From Promethearchaeota archaeon (lineage in GTDB: Archaea; Asgardarchaeota; Lokiarchaeia; Sigyniarchaeales; SOKP01), in the NCBI GenBank assembly GCA_030603385.1, contig JAUVXW010000025.1, forward strand, positions 1-63,884: DNA of 63,884 bases. The letters run 5' to 3'. The translations under genes and the position numbers were made by a program. Under the pieces are notes generated by a model. That model was not told where the DNA came from. It worked only from the letters and a program-made list of their open reading frames with translations, and searched no databases. How positions within the stretch are numbered: the stretch's first letter is position 1; every line of letters starts with the position of its first letter. Of this stretch, positions 60,570 through 63,884 are shown piece after piece.

Positions 60570-63047
60570 TTGAGGAAATTGAAGATGAATAAACAATCTC
60601 AAAAATTAGAGAATATTGATAGACAGATTTTAACTGGTTTTACGTTAATAAGAGCAAGGGAGTTTAACAAAGCATTATCAATAGTTAACGATATCTTAAA
60701 TGAAAAAGCAACCCAAATGAACTTAACCCAAAAATTTGGTGCAAGAGTAGCAAGATTATTAGCACTAATGGGCTTAAAAAAGTATGATCAAGTTATTGGT
60801 GAAATTAAGCTTTCTGAACAAATTATAAACCAAATGGATAATAGTAATAAAGAAAATCCCCTTGTAAAAGATGGAATCGGCAGACTATTTTCTATAAAAG
60901 GCGCTATTCAATCTGGTCAGGGGGATCTTGAAAATGCTATAGTTAATTATCATCGTAGCATAGCGATTTATGAAACTTTGAACAATAAAAAATCTACATT
61001 TTACCAGTTTGATGCAATTGGTTGGATCAAACGAGCTCAAGGCAAATTGGATGAAGCCTTGGACTATTTCCATAAAATGTTAAATCTTGCTAAAGAAATT
61101 CATAGTGAAATGCACATCGCAATGGCAAAATATTCAATAGCATTTACCCATTTTTATAAAGGAGACTTAGATCAAGCAACAGAATATGCCCAAGAGTCTT
61201 TAGCAGTTTATGAAAAGTTGAAACATTTTAGAGGTCTTACCGCTGCGTATTCTGTTTTCGGATCAATTTATCGTGGAAAAGGTGAATTTGAAAAAAGTTT
61301 AGAATATTATCATAATGTATTAACTATTTACGATGAAAATTTAGATATTCAAAAGGGGGTGACACATAGTTATTGCTATGCTCTTAGAAATATTGGATGG
61401 ATATACTATTATAAAAATAAAATAAAAAAATCAATTGAATACTATAGAGAAGCGGTAAAAGTACATAAATCTTTATGTGAAGCAAATAATACTATATTGG
61501 ATTACGATCTTATTTTCTTTCACTTATTATTGATTCTTTCAGCCATAGAAATTGATGATAATCAACAAATTGAGAATTCAATGATGGAACTTTCTAAATT
61601 TGCGCATAAATGGCCTTGGACGGAATTCTTTAGGAAATTTGGGGAAGCTATTATATTGAAAAATAAACAACGAGCGAAATATCGATTTCAAGCCCAACAA
61701 ATTTTTGAAGAAATACTTGAAGAAAAATTTGATTATCAAGTAGAATTCATGATCCAAGTAAATCTGTGTGATTTATTGTTAGAAGAGCTAAAATATTCTG
61801 GATCAGAAGAGATACTGATAGAAATTCAAGATTTACTTAATAGAATCTCTGATGTCGCTATCAAACAACGTTCTATTACCACTTTAGTAGATTTATATTC
61901 TCTTCAAGCCAAATTAGCTTTAATTGAGGGAAATGCTGAACTTTCAAATGAATTATTGACTAAAGCTCTCACAATTGCTGAAAATAAAGGAATGGAGTTG
62001 CTTTCAGAAAAATTAATACTTCAACAAAATCAACTTTTCAATCAATTAGAGGAATGGAAAGCATTATTTATTCAGAATTCAAAATTACAAGAAAGAATTG
62101 AGATTTTAAATCTAAAAGAGTATATAACAGAAGCTATTAGTGAGGTTTTAGAGAAGAAATTCAAGATTGAAAAGAAATACAATATATTCTACAAAGATTT
62201 ACTCATGGAATACCATAAAATCCAAAGAGGGAAATGTAGAGTTGGAATAGCTCAAATAGGGCTCTCCAAAACTGGAGATATTTTAAATGAATTTTTTGAA
62301 TTAAAAGCTTCAGGACTATTAGGGCTTAAAGAAAATAAAATTGAGACAGTTAGATCCACTTTTAAAAACATGGTAGAGAAGGCTAATTCTAATGGAATAA
62401 ATATTCTCATCTTTCCAGAAATGACAATTGATCTAAATTATGATATCTTTTTAGAGGAAATATCAAATCTAGCTAAAATTTATGAAATGTATATTATTCC
62501 CGGATCTTATCATGATCAAACAACAAAGCAAAATTTAAGTATAGTAATAGGTCCAGAGGGAGTTCTTTGGGAACAAGAAAAACATATACCCGCCGTAATA
62601 CATTTTGGGGGGAAAAGATTTGAAGAAATGATTGATACAAGCTCCCTCCCTCGTAAAACAATCGTTTGTAACACTGAATTTGGAAGAATAGCCATTGTGA
62701 TATGTCGAGATTTCTTAGATATGGATCTTAGAGTAGAATTAAAAAATTTTGAACCCCCTGTGGATATCATTATTAATCCCGCCTTTACACCAGTTACAGC
62801 TGATTTTACAGCTGCACACTTCGACGCTCGGAGATCTATTTACAGTTATTGTTTCTTTGCGAATGTTGCTGAATACGGTGAATCTCATATATATACACCA
62901 GAAAAGGATCGTACTGAAAGATTAATACCTACAAAAGAAGAAGGGTTGATATATAAAGATATAGATCTCTTCACATTACGCTCAGAGCGCAAAAAGTGGG
63001 AAAAGGAACAAAAGAAAGAGATACAATTTATACAAAGTACAAGATAG
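60570..63047 (+). CDS. TPR-repeat protein fused to a carbon-nitrogen hydrolase (nitrilase) domain
   Basis: N-terminal TPRs; C-terminal IFPEM (E), EKHIP (K), ICRDF (C) triad. Confidence 0.88.
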   Translation: MRKLKMNKQSQKLENIDRQILTGFTLIRAREFNKALSIVNDILNEKATQMNLTQKFGARVARLLALMGLKKYDQVIGEIKLSEQIINQMDNSNKENPLVKDGIGRLFSIKGAIQSGQGDLENAIVNYHRSIAIYETLNNKKSTFYQFDAIGWIKRAQGKLDEALDYFHKMLNLAKEIHSEMHIAMAKYSIAFTHFYKGDLDQATEYAQESLAVYEKLKHFRGLTAAYSVFGSIYRGKGEFEKSLEYYHNVLTIYDENLDIQKGVTHSYCYALRNIGWIYYYKNKIKKSIEYYREAVKVHKSLCEANNTILDYDLIFFHLLLILSAIEIDDNQQIENSMMELSKFAHKWPWTEFFRKFGEAIILKNKQRAKYRFQAQQIFEEILEEKFDYQVEFMIQVNLCDLLLEELKYSGSEEILIEIQDLLNRISDVAIKQRSITTLVDLYSLQAKLALIEGNAELSNELLTKALTIAENKGMELLSEKLILQQNQLFNQLEEWKALFIQNSKLQERIEILNLKEYITEAISEVLEKKFKIEKKYNIFYKDLLMEYHKIQRGKCRVGIAQIGLSKTGDILNEFFELKASGLLGLKENKIETVRSTFKNMVEKANSNGINILIFPEMTIDLNYDIFLEEISNLAKIYEMYIIPGSYHDQTTKQNLSIVIGPEGVLWEQEKHIPAVIHFGGKRFEEMIDTSSLPRKTIVCNTEFGRIAIVICRDFLDMDLRVELKNFEPPVDIIINPAFTPVTADFTAAHFDARRSIYSYCFFANVAEYGESHIYTPEKDRTERLIPTKEEGLIYKDIDLFTLRSERKKWEKEQKKEIQFIQSTR

Positions 63048-63084
63048 ATTCTAATTATAATTATAAAAATAAAATAAAAAAAAA

Positions 63085-63343
63085 TTAACCTATTTCAACA
63101 TCCATCTTTTTGCGTTCTTCAAGTAAAGTATCTACTACTGATGGATCAGCCAAGGTAGTGACGTTTCCTACGTCCGACAAGGAGGCAATTGCTTTAAGAA
63201 TTCTTCGCATTATCTTTCCACTTCTCGTTTTTGGTAACGCATCAGCAAATTGAATGACATCTGGTTGAAATACTGGGCCTATTTCTTGTCTAACATGCAT
63301 TCTAATTTCTTTGGATAATTTAGCTGATTTTTCGACGCCCGGG
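63085..63343 (-). pseudogene. acs: Orphan 3' end of acetyl-CoA synthetase, copy 2
   Basis: [37 protein letters not shown]; same CCCGGG breakpoint. Confidence 0.85.
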
Positions 63344-63415
63344 TAAAATTGCTTTTAAGATTCTACTGAAAAAAAAATGTAAAATATTATTAATTGAGCT
63401 AACTGTTTATTAATC
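63085..63415. repeat. Direct repeat unit 2 (acs 3' end plus conserved non-coding arm)
   Basis: Shares GCCCGGGTAAAATTGCTTTTAAGATTCTACT and AAAAATGTAAAATATTATTAATTGAGCTAACTGTTTATTAATC with unit 1. Confidence 0.9.
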
Positions 63416-63473
63416 ATTGTATTAGACAATTAAGGTCAAAATTTAGTAATTTTAAACCCACGATTGATAATAA

Positions 63474-63884
63474 ATGTCTTTATTGGATGAAAGCGGACTT
63501 GCTCTATTAGAAAAAGCCCGAGAACAAAAAAAAGCATATAACTGGTTGGAAGCAGTGAGACTTTTTGATCATGCTGTGGATTTTTATATTGATAAAAAAG
63601 ATCCAGAAAAAGTAATGGAGATCTGTACTGAAGTAGTCACTTTTAATCAATATTACTACTATACTCTTACAACAGCTGAACAAAATAAGGAAGTTAGTAG
63701 TTTAGTATTTAAAATCTTTGAAAAAAGTGAATCTTTCTATAAACAGTTAAGGAAAAAACCTGAAGAACTGGTCTGTACAGCAACAAATCTCTTAGCTAAT
63801 TCCCTCCACCAAGGTGATGTAGTTGAAACGGAGAAAAATATTGATAGAGCACTTGAAATTTGTAATACATTAAATGAAATTTAT
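63474..63884 (+). CDS. TPR-like helical protein, 3'-partial
   Basis: MSLLDESGLALLEKAREQKKAYNWLEAVRLFDHA.. open to the window end. Confidence 0.7.
   Translation, partial: MSLLDESGLALLEKAREQKKAYNWLEAVRLFDHAVDFYIDKKDPEKVMEICTEVVTFNQYYYYTLTTAEQNKEVSSLVFKIFEKSESFYKQLRKKPEELVCTATNLLANSLHQGDVVETEKNIDRALEICNTLNEIY

Noticed and set aside
2166-62770. Numerous antisense or alternate-frame ORFs nested in larger genes (e.g. 2166-2525, 9283-9699, 30785-31105, 58601-59095)
   Set aside because: Shadows of well-supported genes, with no independent motifs
1-63884. CRISPR array, rRNA, tRNA, selenoprotein UGA readthrough
   Set aside because: No regularly spaced short repeats, no RNA-gene-like GC-rich block, and no conserved gene interrupted by TGA at a Cys position were seen by eye

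Overview
AT-rich archaeal chromosome segment, most likely from an Asgard (Lokiarchaeia-like) archaeon. It has archaeal information genes (TFB, archaeal ProRS, rpoN/rpoE1/spt4, S6e/L24e/L7Ae/S28e/S27ae/S24e, Kae1/Bud32) mixed with eukaryotic-signature proteins (longin-like, two gelsolin-like, two roadblock/LC7, Rab-like GTPase, HEAT and TPR proteins). Metabolic genes include a GlpA-like oxidoreductase operon, a 2-hydroxyacid dehydrogenase with LarA, leuACD, Fae-Hps and ADH synthase. A decayed mobile/defence island of about 8.5 kb (approx. 21.9-30.4 kb) carries RmuC, HEPN-like, Mrr_N, antirepressor-like remnants and a Septu-type ATPase+HNH pair. The strongest unexplained signals are: (1) a 2907-bp-period cassette array at the right end, where each unit is an orphan acetyl-CoA synthetase 3' end plus a near-identical ~75-bp non-coding arm next to a different TPR cargo gene, with no integrase in the complete unit; (2) a 36-aa Leu-rich leader ORF ending in four UUA codons upstream of leuA, with mutually exclusive RNA pairings, i.e. 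a candidate ribosome-dependent attenuator in an archaeon; (3) conserved genes (L7Ae, an alkyltransferase-like protein) with no in-frame ATG/GTG/TTG start; (4) a single gene bracketed by an exact 30-bp direct repeat. No tRNA, rRNA or CRISPR array was recognised. All product calls come from motif recognition by eye, not from database searches.
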